From assembly GCA_000002435.2 (NCBI GenBank), contig CM018791.1: a DNA stretch of 64,000 bases; one strand, 5' to 3'. This document shows, in pieces, positions 30,173 to 40,740 of the stretch. A program made the translations under genes and the position numbers. This DNA is from Giardia intestinalis. Taxonomy: Eukaryota. How positions within the stretch are numbered: position 1 is the first letter of the stretch; every line of letters starts with the position of its first letter. The notes beneath the pieces are model-generated. The model saw only the letters and a list, made by a program, of their open reading frames with translations, did not search any database and had not been told where the DNA came from.

Positions 30173-31921
30173 CTACTCGACATTGACAAGACTGCGGAGA
30201 GTCTCCAAGATGACAAGGTCGCCGTTGATAAGCTTAGACTCAGGGAAGTACTTGAAGTCCGACTCTAGGGGAAGATCTAGCAGCTTATCCACCTCCCCCC
30301 TATCAGATGCACAACCAATAGGTAGCTTCCGAGCCATTTTCATCAGGTTGTTGATATTTGCCTTAATACCCTCTATATCGAATTCGCTATCGTCAGGCTG
30401 ATAGAGATACGGATACTCCTGGGCTGAGTAATTTGAAAGAACAGATTCTATTCCCGCATCCGTCCTGCTTACAGGAATCTTAGAAGCATTCATCTTTGCC
30501 ACAAATGCAGACTCTAGGGCATCATATTCTGATCCAACTTTATCAGAAAGTTTGGACGAGGCGCGCTGGAGCACTTCTGAATAGAGCCCAGACTCGGCGT
30601 CTTGATCAGCTGCATCAATCCCAGTTATTTTTATTTTTCCTGGAATTGACGACAGATTGCCTGCGTTAGTACGAACCTTTGCAGGGCTTAGTAGTCCGCC
30701 CTGATAACTAATTAAATCGGGGATCCTCCGCTGTGGTGAAAAGGCCTTTCCTTGATGAAAAATAACAGAGTCAGCGCCCATCTGTTCGCCTGCGCATTGT
30801 ACACCGGGGACACCAATTGTGTTATCCAACGGTTCCTCCCCATCGTTACCTAAAGCTGAGATTGTGACATCAGTGAACTGAAGCGGCCGAGAGTTGGCTA
30901 CAATAGACCCACCTGCAGTGGAGCAAAGCTTGGAAAACTCGCCGTCTTGATACAGAGCTGTCCTGATGATGGACCTCACTGTCTCATTAATTCCAACATA
31001 GGGGGCGCATGGCTCTGTCCACACAGCCAAGACAATTTTGAGATCCTCTGCGGTAAACCCACTGCGAACCTGCGAGCAGACGCACTGTCCTCGTTCATCA
31101 TAGAATCCTTGCATGACAGTTCTTGAATCGACAGAGTAACGCACACCTATACCATACGCATAGTCTGAACTGAATGTGCCTATAAACACATCCCCGTTTG
31201 GAAAGATTACTCTCCCCAAGCCATGCCTTCTATCCGCATTCCACATGCCTTTGTATATGCATCCGAACGGAAACCTAGAAGACTTTATAGTGATCTTTTT
31301 GTACTGAGAAGGCCGAGACACTCCCTTTTTAACGTTTGATCTAAAGAGATCTGAGTGGACCACAATGTGCTTCTGCGCTAGCACATTGTTTACAACCTTG
31401 TCGAGTTGCTTGAGGTGCTCTTCTCGACTGAGTAGTAGATTACATGGCTGCAAGGTCTCAGGATAAAAGTGGCAGCCAAAGCCGCTTCGGAGGCCCTGGT
31501 GCCACATGCCCTCGTATCGTTCATTAGGGCTGTAGTAATACTTTCCGAAGTGATGACGCTCACCGCAGTCCCAATACCCTGCATACGTGAGTACAAGGGT
31601 TGGACAGGAGGCAGGATCGTCCGGGATGACCTTCTTGACACCCTTGCCGGGCCGCGGCTCAAGACAGGTGTAAAATTCCCCATATCCCTGAGGGAGGTTA
31701 AAGGCCCACTCACCTGTATAGCAGTCTCCGTTCGGATAGACATGAGTACCCTGTCCGTGGCGCAAGGAGTTGTACCATGTCCCCTTATATGCGGATCCAT
31801 CTGGTGAAAACACAGCACGCACGCTGGTCAAGTTCTTCATCGGGTCAATGTTTCCGGTGGAAAGAGAAGCCCGCATGCTCCCACCCACGCTGCGAAATAT
31901 CTGTTTTTGAAATTCCAACAC
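30173..31921 (-). CDS. MORN-repeat protein (582 aa).
   Basis: The N-terminal MORN units are YKGTWYNSLRHGQGTHVYPNGDCYTGEWAFNLPQGYGEFY and further YxGxWxxGxxxGxG repeats. The C-terminal half is uncharacterised. Confidence 0.65.
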   Translation of the reverse strand: MLEFQKQIFRSVGGSMRASLSTGNIDPMKNLTSVRAVFSPDGSAYKGTWYNSLRHGQGTHVYPNGDCYTGEWAFNLPQGYGEFYTCLEPRPGKGVKKVIPDDPASCPTLVLTYAGYWDCGERHHFGKYYYSPNERYEGMWHQGLRSGFGCHFYPETLQPCNLLLSREEHLKQLDKVVNNVLAQKHIVVHSDLFRSNVKKGVSRPSQYKKITIKSSRFPFGCIYKGMWNADRRHGLGRVIFPNGDVFIGTFSSDYAYGIGVRYSVDSRTVMQGFYDERGQCVCSQVRSGFTAEDLKIVLAVWTEPCAPYVGINETVRSIIRTALYQDGEFSKLCSTAGGSIVANSRPLQFTDVTISALGNDGEEPLDNTIGVPGVQCAGEQMGADSVIFHQGKAFSPQRRIPDLISYQGGLLSPAKVRTNAGNLSSIPGKIKITGIDAADQDAESGLYSEVLQRASSKLSDKVGSEYDALESAFVAKMNASKIPVSRTDAGIESVLSNYSAQEYPYLYQPDDSEFDIEGIKANINNLMKMARKLPIGCASDRGEVDKLLDLPLESDFKYFPESKLINGDLVILETLRSLVNVE

Positions 31922-31956
31922 TTCAAAGAGAAGAGATTTACAATCGTAGCGCTAAT

Positions 31957-32598
31957 CTACTTCTTCTTAGACTTCTGCTCAGTAACAGGCTCTCCGCGCT
32001 TCTTCATGATATAGATGTAATGAAACTCGTCGTTACTCGTCACCGAGTCCATGAGCTTCGGCTTTGGTATTTGCCTGATCTCAACATCCCAATCAAGCAT
32101 TTCCTGTGTGAAGAAGACCATACGCATGTCTGAGTTTGCATAGCTGATGCAGATGTAGTATCCCTGCGGTTTTAGCACGCGGAAGATCTGCTCCAATGCT
32201 TTGGTGCTTATCTCCTTCCCGTTCTCAGCGCACAGCAACGAGTCCAGCGTGCCCTTGTCAATGATAACATCGAAGCTGTCGTCGGGGTAAGTGAGCTCTG
32301 TGACGTTCATCACGGTGTACTCGCATCCCTTGCGGTCTCCGACAAGGCCTTGCATGTGGCGTACAACGACCTGGGAGACATCAATGGAGACGATGTCCTT
32401 GATGCCCACCTCTGCGTCGTCGTACAGGTCGAAGGACAGCTCGGAGGACCCGGCCCCGACAACCAGGCATCGACCACCCTTCGGCAGCAGATCCTGGATC
32501 TTCGGCTTCAGTTCTGTGTATCGCTGGTACCACTCGAAGATCTCCGTGTCAGTTTGGTACCTTTGGTCCCAGTATTCAGGAAGGTGATATGACGCCAT
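31957..32598 (-). CDS. SAM-dependent methyltransferase, EFM7 / METTL13 N-domain-like (eEF1A methyltransferase family).
   Basis: YWDQRY...FEWY, LVVGAGSSELSFDLYDDAEVGIKDIVSIDVSQVV, FDVIIDKGTLDSLL and LKPQGYYICIS match METTL13 N-MTase blocks (YWEKFF..FEWY, VLVIGCGNSELSEQLYD..DIVNIDISEVV, FQVVLDKGTLDAVL, GGRYLCIS). Confidence 0.75.
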   Translation of the reverse strand: MASYHLPEYWDQRYQTDTEIFEWYQRYTELKPKIQDLLPKGGRCLVVGAGSSELSFDLYDDAEVGIKDIVSIDVSQVVVRHMQGLVGDRKGCEYTVMNVTELTYPDDSFDVIIDKGTLDSLLCAENGKEISTKALEQIFRVLKPQGYYICISYANSDMRMVFFTQEMLDWDVEIRQIPKPKLMDSVTSNDEFHYIYIMKKRGEPVTEQKSKKK

Positions 32599-32974
32599 CC
32601 TTCAATTTTTTACTTCATGCTGTTTACACAGACCTCATTAGAATTTATTGAAGTTTTAGATGGCCCTTCGTTTCCTTTCGGAGTCATTCCGCCATGATGA
32701 TTTGGTAGCGTTTGAAGAGGATAGTGAGATAGAAGTTAAGAGCTAAACAAGACGAAAAGCCCATAGTTAAAAGTAAAGAGTACATCAAAATTTACTCTAC
32801 TCCGTCGAGATGACTCAGTCAACCGTTGTTTAAGTGGCCTGTTCAATGTAAGGGAAACAGTACGTTCGTTATGAATCCAATGGTTCGGGCGCCACTTAGT
32901 TTTAGTAGAGGGATGTGTGCGGTGCTGTGCTGCTAGGCTCGCTTCGGACGCATTCAAAGACCTCATGAGCGAGC

Positions 32975-33962
32975 TTCCCCCAGTTCCTGGTCATGGCCAG
33001 AGGCGAAGGGTGATCGCGGATAGCATAGTGAGAGATTTCCCTCTATCAGTACTCCAGAGCCTAGCGCCTCCTTCGATCGCTCCACAGGCGTGTGCCCAGG
33101 CCGAGCGTGCCTCCAGAAGTGTTCGCACGCCAGTCTGTCCAGAGTTCTGACCCCCACGGCCTCGTGTGGTCCCTAGCGGCGACCTCCTCTTTGGCCCTGC
33201 TTCATAGCGGGCGAGGACTTGGGTCTTTGTGTTCGTTTTACAAGGCTTCCACCTGACTCGACGACAGTAGTCGTTGGGGCTCCGGCTCCACTGGCGGTCC
33301 TGGTTCGGTGAGAGTCTATCCTGGCAATAGGAAGTGGGCGGGCCGTGGCTCGCTATGAGAGGGCCTCGGTGCCTGCTTTTGGTCGCTGCTTCCCCTGGAA
33401 GCGGATATGTCTTCTGTCACTGTGGCTCTCTGGGAGTGATGGTAGTCGCCTCTGTTGCCCCTCGGTGTCTGATCAGTCGCGGCCCCAGAGTACCCAGGTC
33501 CGGGTCAGCACGCCTTCTCAGTCGCAGTCACTCTGGTTCTATAGTGAGTCCAGTTGGTGGTTGGAAATAGGCTGACAGGCGGCAGTTGCTGGGTATTCAT
33601 TGGCTGCCACAGGACAGCGAGGGCCGGACAGAGGGCTCTCGGTGTCCTCTGGTGCCATGGACTGGACTGAATGGGTGGTGTCCGCCTGTGCCCCTGTCTT
33701 CTCGCTGTGGTGTCTATCTGGTTGCTGGATAGCACCCACGCCCACCGCCTTGCACTTGTCGGGCTCTGTTCCGGTCGCCGGGCTTGTCTGATCTCCAGCT
33801 TGCGTTGGGCTCCCCGAGACACGGAGGCAACGATTGCACGGGGCCCCCAGTTGTCCCTTTGCACCAATGGAGGAGAGCCCCGCTTGCTGTCTACAATCAT
33901 CTCATCCTCAGAGAGCCTGGCCTGGGCGGGCTGTCGTGTGGGCTCTGAGTGCGCTACAGGCA
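32975..33962. repeat. Left arm of a ~1 kb inverted repeat (pairs with 39462-40440). It is GC-rich and non-coding.
   Basis: The reverse complement of this arm matches 39462-40440 at an eye-estimated ~97% identity. Identical small ORFs appear in opposite orientation (33345-33575+ = 39838-40068-; 33334-33570+ = 39843-40079-). There is a ~12-14 bp indel near 33925 / 39495. Confidence 0.75.
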
Positions 33963-34398
33963 ATATCCAGATTCTAGATGGATGAGTAAGGAGACCGCCT
34001 AGCATGGTGACTCGCATAGTTGACAGATTTACCCAGACAGCAGCCGGCAAATCAACCTTGGTGGAGCAGAGTAAACAAGCACGTAGTGACAGTGTACATC
34101 ACCCAGGGGCTCTTCTGCCACTGCAGTCATACGCAGGGTGCCGAACTCTGTCTCTGGCGCAGCTCCCACAGCGGGTAGGTTTCTTAGGGTAAAAAGGATC
34201 CGTCAGAGCAGGAGGGGCCTTATCGATACACAGATCCAATGAGGCACCTCACGTCGGCTGAAAACGGCGCGGGTAAGACTCCAGAGTCATCTGACTACTC
34301 ACCCTTGGGCTTTCCTTTCCGTCTCCCGGATGTCGCGCACGATTGCACTCAGGGTCCTAGCGTGGCATAGATAAGCCTACAGCCCGTGTGGGGTACAC

Positions 34399-34413
34399 AT
34401 TTACTACCTGAGC
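34399..34413 (-). terminator. Extended VSP-type polyadenylation signal (GCTCAGGTAGTAAAT on the minus strand).
   Basis: Matches the ACTYAGRTAGTRAAY consensus (core AGTRAAY) immediately downstream of the VSP stop codon. Confidence 0.6.
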
Positions 34414-34422
34414 AAGCGTCAC

Positions 34423-36204
34423 TTATGCTTTTCTGCGGCCAATGAACCACCAACAGAGAAAACCGGCGAGGCCTCCGACAACGATGATGACGACAACAGA
34501 GACGCCTGCGATGGCGCTAGGGCTGAGGCCACTTCTATTGGCATCAGCTCTGCTGGTACCGCTTCCATTGACATAGCAGGTGACAGATCCTTGACCATTA
34601 GATGGAGGAGCACAGCTTACGCAATTAGGCACACCAACTATTCCGTTGGCACTAGCATCACACTTCACGCACTTATCCCCGGACTTGTAGTATCCTGGGA
34701 GGCACTCCGAACACTGCTGTGGAGAAGCACTTCCCGTACATTTTGAGCAGCCATCCGGACACGCCGGGCAGGAACCAGAATTTTTATCTGCTGTTTGCCC
34801 GTTGGTGCAGCTCGTGCACTTTCCATTGTTAGCACTAGAGCAGAGAGTATTGCCAGGATACACTGTTGACTGATAGCACCCGCCAGACTGCAGAAAGTAT
34901 GAACCTGTACACGCAGTACATACCCCATCACCCGGGGTGCATCCAGTTACTGCTCTTGTCGTTGTCGACACACAGACGCCGTCCACTGGAACGTATCCTG
35001 CCTTGCACCTGCTGCAGTACTTAGAGCCACCAACGATGGCCGTGCATTGTCCATCTGCACAGTTCTCTGCGTACTGTCCTGTGCACTCCTGGATGCATGT
35101 GCCAGCAGACGCACCGGATGCAGCGCTCAACACAAACCCAGAGTAGCATGCGGTGCAAGTAGTGCTGGTCGTATCTGTACAGCTGGCGCACGACGAGTGG
35201 CAAGGGGTACAGACGCTTTGCTTGTCGTATGTTCCGACGGGGCAGCTGTCCAGGCACGCGTCCTTGAGGGGGCTGAGCTTTTTATCAGAACCGCACTTAG
35301 AGCACTTGATGAGAACGGTGGCGGATCCGCTTACGGAACTGAGTAGCGAGCACTCGGCACAGTTCTCTATACCACCGTTAGCATTCTCACCACAAGGAAG
35401 ACACTTCTTCTTATTCTCTGCATTGTCGTTGGGGAAGTGCGTTCCGGTGCATGCGTTTCTGAGAATACAGCTAGTGGGATCGCCACCTTTCAGGTACTTG
35501 CCTTCTTGGCACTCAGTGCATGTGGCAGGGGTGTCTGCTTTTCCCGATGCAGTGCACTTCAGGCACCCATCAACGCCCTTCCATGTACTGCCAGATGTAT
35601 CTCCGCACAATATGCATTTGCTCTCTTTATCACCAGCTGCTCCGAGGAAGTACCCGTCCTCACAGGCCGTGCACACTGCAGGCTTAGGGGCAGGATCACT
35701 TGCTATTTTGGGAGAGTCACATAGTGTACAGTGAGCGATTCCCATATATGATCTACCAGAAAGAACTTGTACGCTGATAGTGTCGTTACATGCTATCACA
35801 GACTGATCTGATCTAATTGCCTGTGGTGGAACAAAGTACCCCGGAGCCGCCTCTGTGCACGCTCCCTCCGCAGCCTTGATACAAAGTTTCTGTCCAGGTT
35901 CGTTATCTACACTATAACATCCACCCTTATAGAGGAAATAAGCATCTTCACACCGTTCACATACCTTGTCTTCTGCTAGTCCAGTTCCATCTTCCTTTTT
36001 GCAGCCAGAAGTGGTAACGGCGCTGTCACCTTTTTGCTTGCATACACCGTTAATTGGGACGTTCCCAGCATATTTACATTCTGTACAAACTTCAGTGCCG
36101 CCAACCATTTCACACTTACTCTCTGCGCAATCTCGTGTGTTGGCCTCAACAGTACAGGTTGCCGCGAGAACGCTCGCCATAACACAGAAGGCTGTCAATA
36201 GCAT
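34423..36204 (-). CDS. Variant-specific surface protein (VSP) with a non-canonical GRRKA C-terminal tail.
   Basis: 593 aa. Signal peptide MLLTAFCVMASVLAATC. There are dozens of CXXC motifs and GGCY motifs. The C-terminal TM helix is ...GGLAGFLCWWFIGRRKA. The VSP poly(A) motif lies 17 nt past the stop. Confidence 0.85.
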   Translation of the reverse strand: MLLTAFCVMASVLAATCTVEANTRDCAESKCEMVGGTEVCTECKYAGNVPINGVCKQKGDSAVTTSGCKKEDGTGLAEDKVCERCEDAYFLYKGGCYSVDNEPGQKLCIKAAEGACTEAAPGYFVPPQAIRSDQSVIACNDTISVQVLSGRSYMGIAHCTLCDSPKIASDPAPKPAVCTACEDGYFLGAAGDKESKCILCGDTSGSTWKGVDGCLKCTASGKADTPATCTECQEGKYLKGGDPTSCILRNACTGTHFPNDNAENKKKCLPCGENANGGIENCAECSLLSSVSGSATVLIKCSKCGSDKKLSPLKDACLDSCPVGTYDKQSVCTPCHSSCASCTDTTSTTCTACYSGFVLSAASGASAGTCIQECTGQYAENCADGQCTAIVGGSKYCSRCKAGYVPVDGVCVSTTTRAVTGCTPGDGVCTACTGSYFLQSGGCYQSTVYPGNTLCSSANNGKCTSCTNGQTADKNSGSCPACPDGCSKCTGSASPQQCSECLPGYYKSGDKCVKCDASANGIVGVPNCVSCAPPSNGQGSVTCYVNGSGTSRADANRSGLSPSAIAGVSVVVIIVVGGLAGFLCWWFIGRRKA

Positions 36205-39200
36205 TAAATTCTTTTTGGATTATGCCGGTGTGCGAACATAATCTCGCCAGTGATCATTTTTTGGTTGATAAAATAATGCATTTGTTAGATTTATGCCGAA
36301 GACCCAAAGAGCGTAATCCGCCGCCGGCCGTAGACCCTGATTGCCTGCAGACCAGAGCGCGAGTGGGCAGCTCAGATGCGTCCTGGGGTAAAGCGGAGAA
36401 TCAAGACGGCCTCCTACGTGGCCTGCCCTTGTGTTGTCCCCAATCGGTGCGAGGGTGTTCCCGCCGTGATCGGGATTCGCGCCAGGCTCCCCCGGCGGCG
36501 CCCCGGCCTGGCTGGCGCTCTAGTCTCCTCGACCAGCTCTGCGCGATCCGGCCCCCCGCCGAACCCTGTGGGCCCTCGTACTTCTCCGCGCCTCAATAGC
36601 GTCCTCGTCGCCCGAGACCGGCCGGGACGCCCTGGCCGCTGCAGGAGAGACACATTGAGCGACGATCCTCGACCAGGGCCGCCCCGGCTATCTGAACGGG
36701 CCCGCAGTGGCCGTGCCGCGGCAGTGGATTAGCCCGAGAGCGACCCGTGCCGCCCGATCTACGACCCCTGTTTTTGGATTTCTGCGAAGCAAGGCCTAGT
36801 TCTGTCATAGGGCGGCTATAGTAATGGTTAGCACAGCCCAGTGGATATAGAGCTGGAGAAGACGCGGACCGGATCTTGTGCTAACTGATGGCGTGCCGTC
36901 TACTGTCTACAGCGCAGAGGTGATGCGTGGACCCGCCTACCCCCGCTATAGGTGGCCCTCGTATCAGACCCGGCAGAGTGGCCTGCCGTCAGGAGCCAGC
37001 ACAACGGAGGGCGCCATGTGCCGATAGGAGCGTGCCCGGTCGCCCCTGGTTACACCAGGCGACGCAAGGACGGACAGGCGCGGGTCCCACTGTAGCGACA
37101 CGTGCAAGACACAGCCGCGCGTCATCAGAGCTTCAGAGAGCACTGGCCATGATACGGAAGGGCTACAGCCAGCCGCTCCAAAGGAGGGATGGAGATCGTG
37201 AGCCACACAGGCCCGAGGATCACGTCTCTGGAGAAGGGAAGTTCTGTCCCGGCGGCCGAGATAAGAGAGGGCGATAACTGGAATCCTCGCTGACCCGAGT
37301 CTGGACAGCTCGCGGCACGCATGCAAGGCGCTCACTCTGGGACACAAGCGGACATCCGGCCCCGGGCTGAGTGTGTCCCTTTGGGGAGTCGGTGTAGCAA
37401 TGGTCCGACGCTCGGCGCGCGACAGGTCTCGCCTCACAGCTCCCGTCACCACGTCATTGGGCCACCTAATACCAGCCTGGACGCAGCTTGCGGGGCTCTG
37501 AGCGGCCCATCGATCCTCGTCCAGCAGAGGGCTGGGTGTGTCTCCGGAGCCCTTGACCACGGCGCCCGGTGACGTGGGCAAGAGCAGCCCCAAGACTCCG
37601 CTCCCACCTGCAAACCTTCGCATCCACTGCCAGACGACCACATGGGGCTGCAGGATTAGTGCCGCTATGATCTGCCCCAGCGGTGCACCACATCACGAGG
37701 CTGGTAACTGTGTGTGGTATGCCCGCAGAGCAAAGTGGGCCGCACACCGGCGATGCAGGCCAAGGCTACCGATACAGGGCCAGTGCGGAACCAGCTGCGA
37801 CTGCGTAAGCGGCCGCAGTCAGCAACCATATCTGACGATGCGGGGGCCGGTAGTCCTGGACTGCAACCCTAAGGGCCTGCTGGAAATAAAATACGCATAG
37901 CAGCATAGGACGCCGCAGGAGGACAAATTTAGAGAGTTCCGTGTTGGCGTCTGAAGGCAAGGATCCGGGCTGCGAGGCATAGCAAAGCACGTCTACTGGG
38001 CCCGAGGAACGGCTGCACAGAAGAAGATAGGTCCAGACATCCAAAGGCCGCTCTGGTCCGGCAGCTGAGGGGCGTCCACTGGTACTACCTGCACGCGGGA
38101 GCACTCCTGCCACCCCGTAGAACGGAGAGCAACGCCTCCCCAGCAGTAAACACATCAAGCGCCGTAATTAGATTAGCCGTAGCTGCTACACCATCCGGCC
38201 GACCGAGTGCAGTGAACAGTGTACAGCCGGTGCTGCTCCAGAGGCGCTAACTTGGGACTCCAAAAACTAAAACGCGAACCAAGGGGCTCGTCTGGCTACT
38301 AACGCTACTGTCTCCGTGGCCAGCGCCCCGGCATCGGCGCCCGCGGCTTCATCTCGGCCCGCTGCGGCACTCGCTGGACATGTAGATGTAAGGATGGCCC
38401 GGGGCGTTCCGCCGGCTGCCGCACGCAAATCGGTAATCCGGGGATCCTCCTGCACCGAGGGATCAGTAGGGGGCTCCGCAAGGCGCTCCTTCTCCGGCGC
38501 CGTCGGGGGCTCGCTGGGGTCGGCACAGGGACGGGGTCAGAAGCAGACTTGTATCAGGGGCGCGGCTAGAGCACCCGCTGCTGGATGAAGCCTGCTCGGG
38601 GTGTGTCGCGGCGCCTGATTGGGTCAGCACCATAACCCGAGAAGAGCCAATTGCACCTGCCGCATTTCGATTTGGCTTTTTGGGGCGCGCGGGGTGCTAT
38701 TCTACGAGGGCGGAGAGCAGCCCCGGGGAGCCCCTGGTGAGCGCACATGAGACTACGCCAACTGCCCGTCCGACGAGGTCCTGTGGAAGGGCTGCAACCC
38801 GCCCCTGCTAGCTTTGCAACTGTGGAACCGCTGCCAGTAGATAGGGCGTCTCGGTGGGGGCTACAGGAGAGCCCCGCCACCCGGCCAGCGAGAGCCTGCC
38901 TGCAAAGACGGCACGCTCGTCGGCCCGTGCGCCTCATTCAACGTGGGCCCGTCGAACCGGTCTCGATGATGCACGGTGATCCCGAGGAGCCCCCAAGCTG
39001 GGCGTGCTCTCCGCAGCAGACGACTGCTCACAGGAGTCGCAGAAGGCCTCTGCAGCCCTGCCTATGTACGATCCCGGGCGGCCCAATGCCAGCAAGAGGC
39101 GTGCATGACGCCGGCAAGGCCTCGGCCGCCCATCAGCCTGGGGCCGTGGTGAGGAACATGTTAGAGGTAATGCCCGCACGCACGGCCTCCCAGCCTGGAG

Positions 39201-39461
39201 AACGCTGCATCCCGATCCACGCGAGCGCCAATGTTCCAAACTTTTTATTCCACCTTGCCATGTGCATCCGCCGGCCGTCGGTCCGTGTGCCGGGTCGTCG
39301 GACGGGGCACGCGTCTTCCTGTTAGCGCCGCGACTGAGGCGGCCGGGAAGGAGCCGGTGCGAGGGCTGAGCTTGTTCGGGCGCCCCGGACCTGTGCGCTC
39401 CTTACGTGCATCCCACGATGATTCACTCCACCCGGGTATCTCTAGGGCTGTGCTGCTGGGC
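36205..39461. other. 3.2-kb very GC-rich block lacking any long ORF (nature unknown).
   Basis: By eye ~65-70% GC. The longest ORFs are 225 and 192 aa, with R/A/P/G-biased composition in all six frames, and no CXXC pattern. No universal rRNA motif (e.g. GTGCCAGCAGCCGCGGTAA) was found, and no RT or transposase motifs. Confidence 0.5.
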
Positions 39462-40440
39462 CTGCCTAGGGCGCACTCAGAGCCCACCCAGGCCAGGCTC
39501 TCTGAGGATGGGATGATCGTAGACAGCAAGCGGGGCTCTCCTCCATTGGTGCAAAGGGACAACTGGGGGCCCCGTGCAATCGTTGCCTCCGTGTCTCGGG
39601 GAGCCCAACGCAAGCTGGAGATCAGACAAGCCCGGCGACCGGAACAGAGCCCGACAAGTGCAAGGCGGTGGGCGTGGGTGCTATCCAGCAACCAGATAGA
39701 CACCACAGCGAGAAGACAGGGGCACAGGCGGACACCACCCATTCAGTCCAGTCCATGGCACCAGCGGGCACCGAGAGCCCTCTGTCCGGCCCTCGCTGTC
39801 CTGTGGCAGCCAATGAATACCCAGCAACTGCCGCCTGTCAGCCTATTTCCAACCACCAACTGGACTCACTATAGAACCAGAGTGACTGCGACTGAGAAGG
39901 CGTGCTGACCCGGACCTGGGTACTCTGGGGCCGCGACTGATCAGACACCGAGGGGCAACAGAGGCGACTACCATCACTCCCAGAGAGCCACAGTGACAGA
40001 AGACATATCCGCTTCCAGGGGAAGCAGCGACCAAAAGCAGGCACCGAGGCCCTCTCATAGCGAGCCACGGCCCGCCCACTTCCTATTGCCAGGATAGACT
40101 CTCACCGAACCAGGACCGCCAGTGGAGCCGGAGCCCCAACGACTACTGTCGTCGAGTCAGGTGGAAGCCTTGTAAAACGAACACAAAGACCCAAGTCCTC
40201 GCCCGCTATGAAGCAGGGCCAAAGAGGAGGTCGCCGCTAGGGACCACACGAGGCCGTGGGGGTCAGAACTCTGGACAGACTGGCGTGCGAACACTTCTGG
40301 AGGCACGCTCGGCCTGGGCACACGCCTGTGGAGCGATCGAAGGAGGCGCTAGGCTCTGGAGTACTGATAGAGGGAAATCTCTCACTATGCTATCTACGAC
40401 TAACCTTCGCCTCTGGCCATGACCAGGAACTGGGGGAGGC
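39462..40440. repeat. Right arm of the inverted repeat (reverse complement of 32975-33962).
   Basis: See the left arm. It ends ~300 bp upstream of the VSP2 start codon. Confidence 0.75.
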
Positions 40441-40740
40441 TTGCCCGTGGGGCCTCTGAGCGCACCTGCAGGCGGGCCCAGTGATACATTGACAGCAATG
40501 TACAGGAGTGCACCCCGAACAATCACTCCACAAGAGAGGTGCAATCTGAGTCTGGTCATCACTCATCCTGTTCCTATCGAAGCCAGGGGGAATCGTGCCA
40601 TCAGCTGGCCTCCGGTGGGTGTGCTCTTATCTCGTTCTTCTCTAGTACAACTGGTCAAGGAGAGTGAGAGTGACTGTCTCTCACTGCTTGTGGCAACGCA
40701 CCAGCCTGATGAAAGAGCAGTGGCACACGAACTCCGGCTA

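Noticed and set aside
33334-34050. Short ORFs inside the inverted-repeat arms (76-181 aa, duplicated in both arms).
   Set aside because: They are present in both arms only because the DNA is duplicated. They have a GC-rich random composition (R/P/S/A-rich) and no domain signature.
36205-39461. Possibility that the GC-rich block is an rDNA unit, since Giardia rDNA is very GC-rich and subtelomeric.
   Set aside because: I could not find conserved SSU/5.8S/LSU motifs on either strand. These include the SSU 5' GATCCTGCC start, the 515 region GTGCCAGCAGCCGCGGTAA, 5.8S GATGAAGAACGC, and an exact sarcin-ricin loop. There is only a weak AGTACGAGGGCC-like string near 36570.
32975-40440. The inverted-repeat-bounded segment as a DNA transposon or retroelement.
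   Set aside because: The arms are ~1 kb, far longer than typical TIRs. No transposase, integrase or RT motif (for example YxDD) appears in any internal ORF. No target-site duplication is evident. It is more likely a locus-specific inverted duplication.
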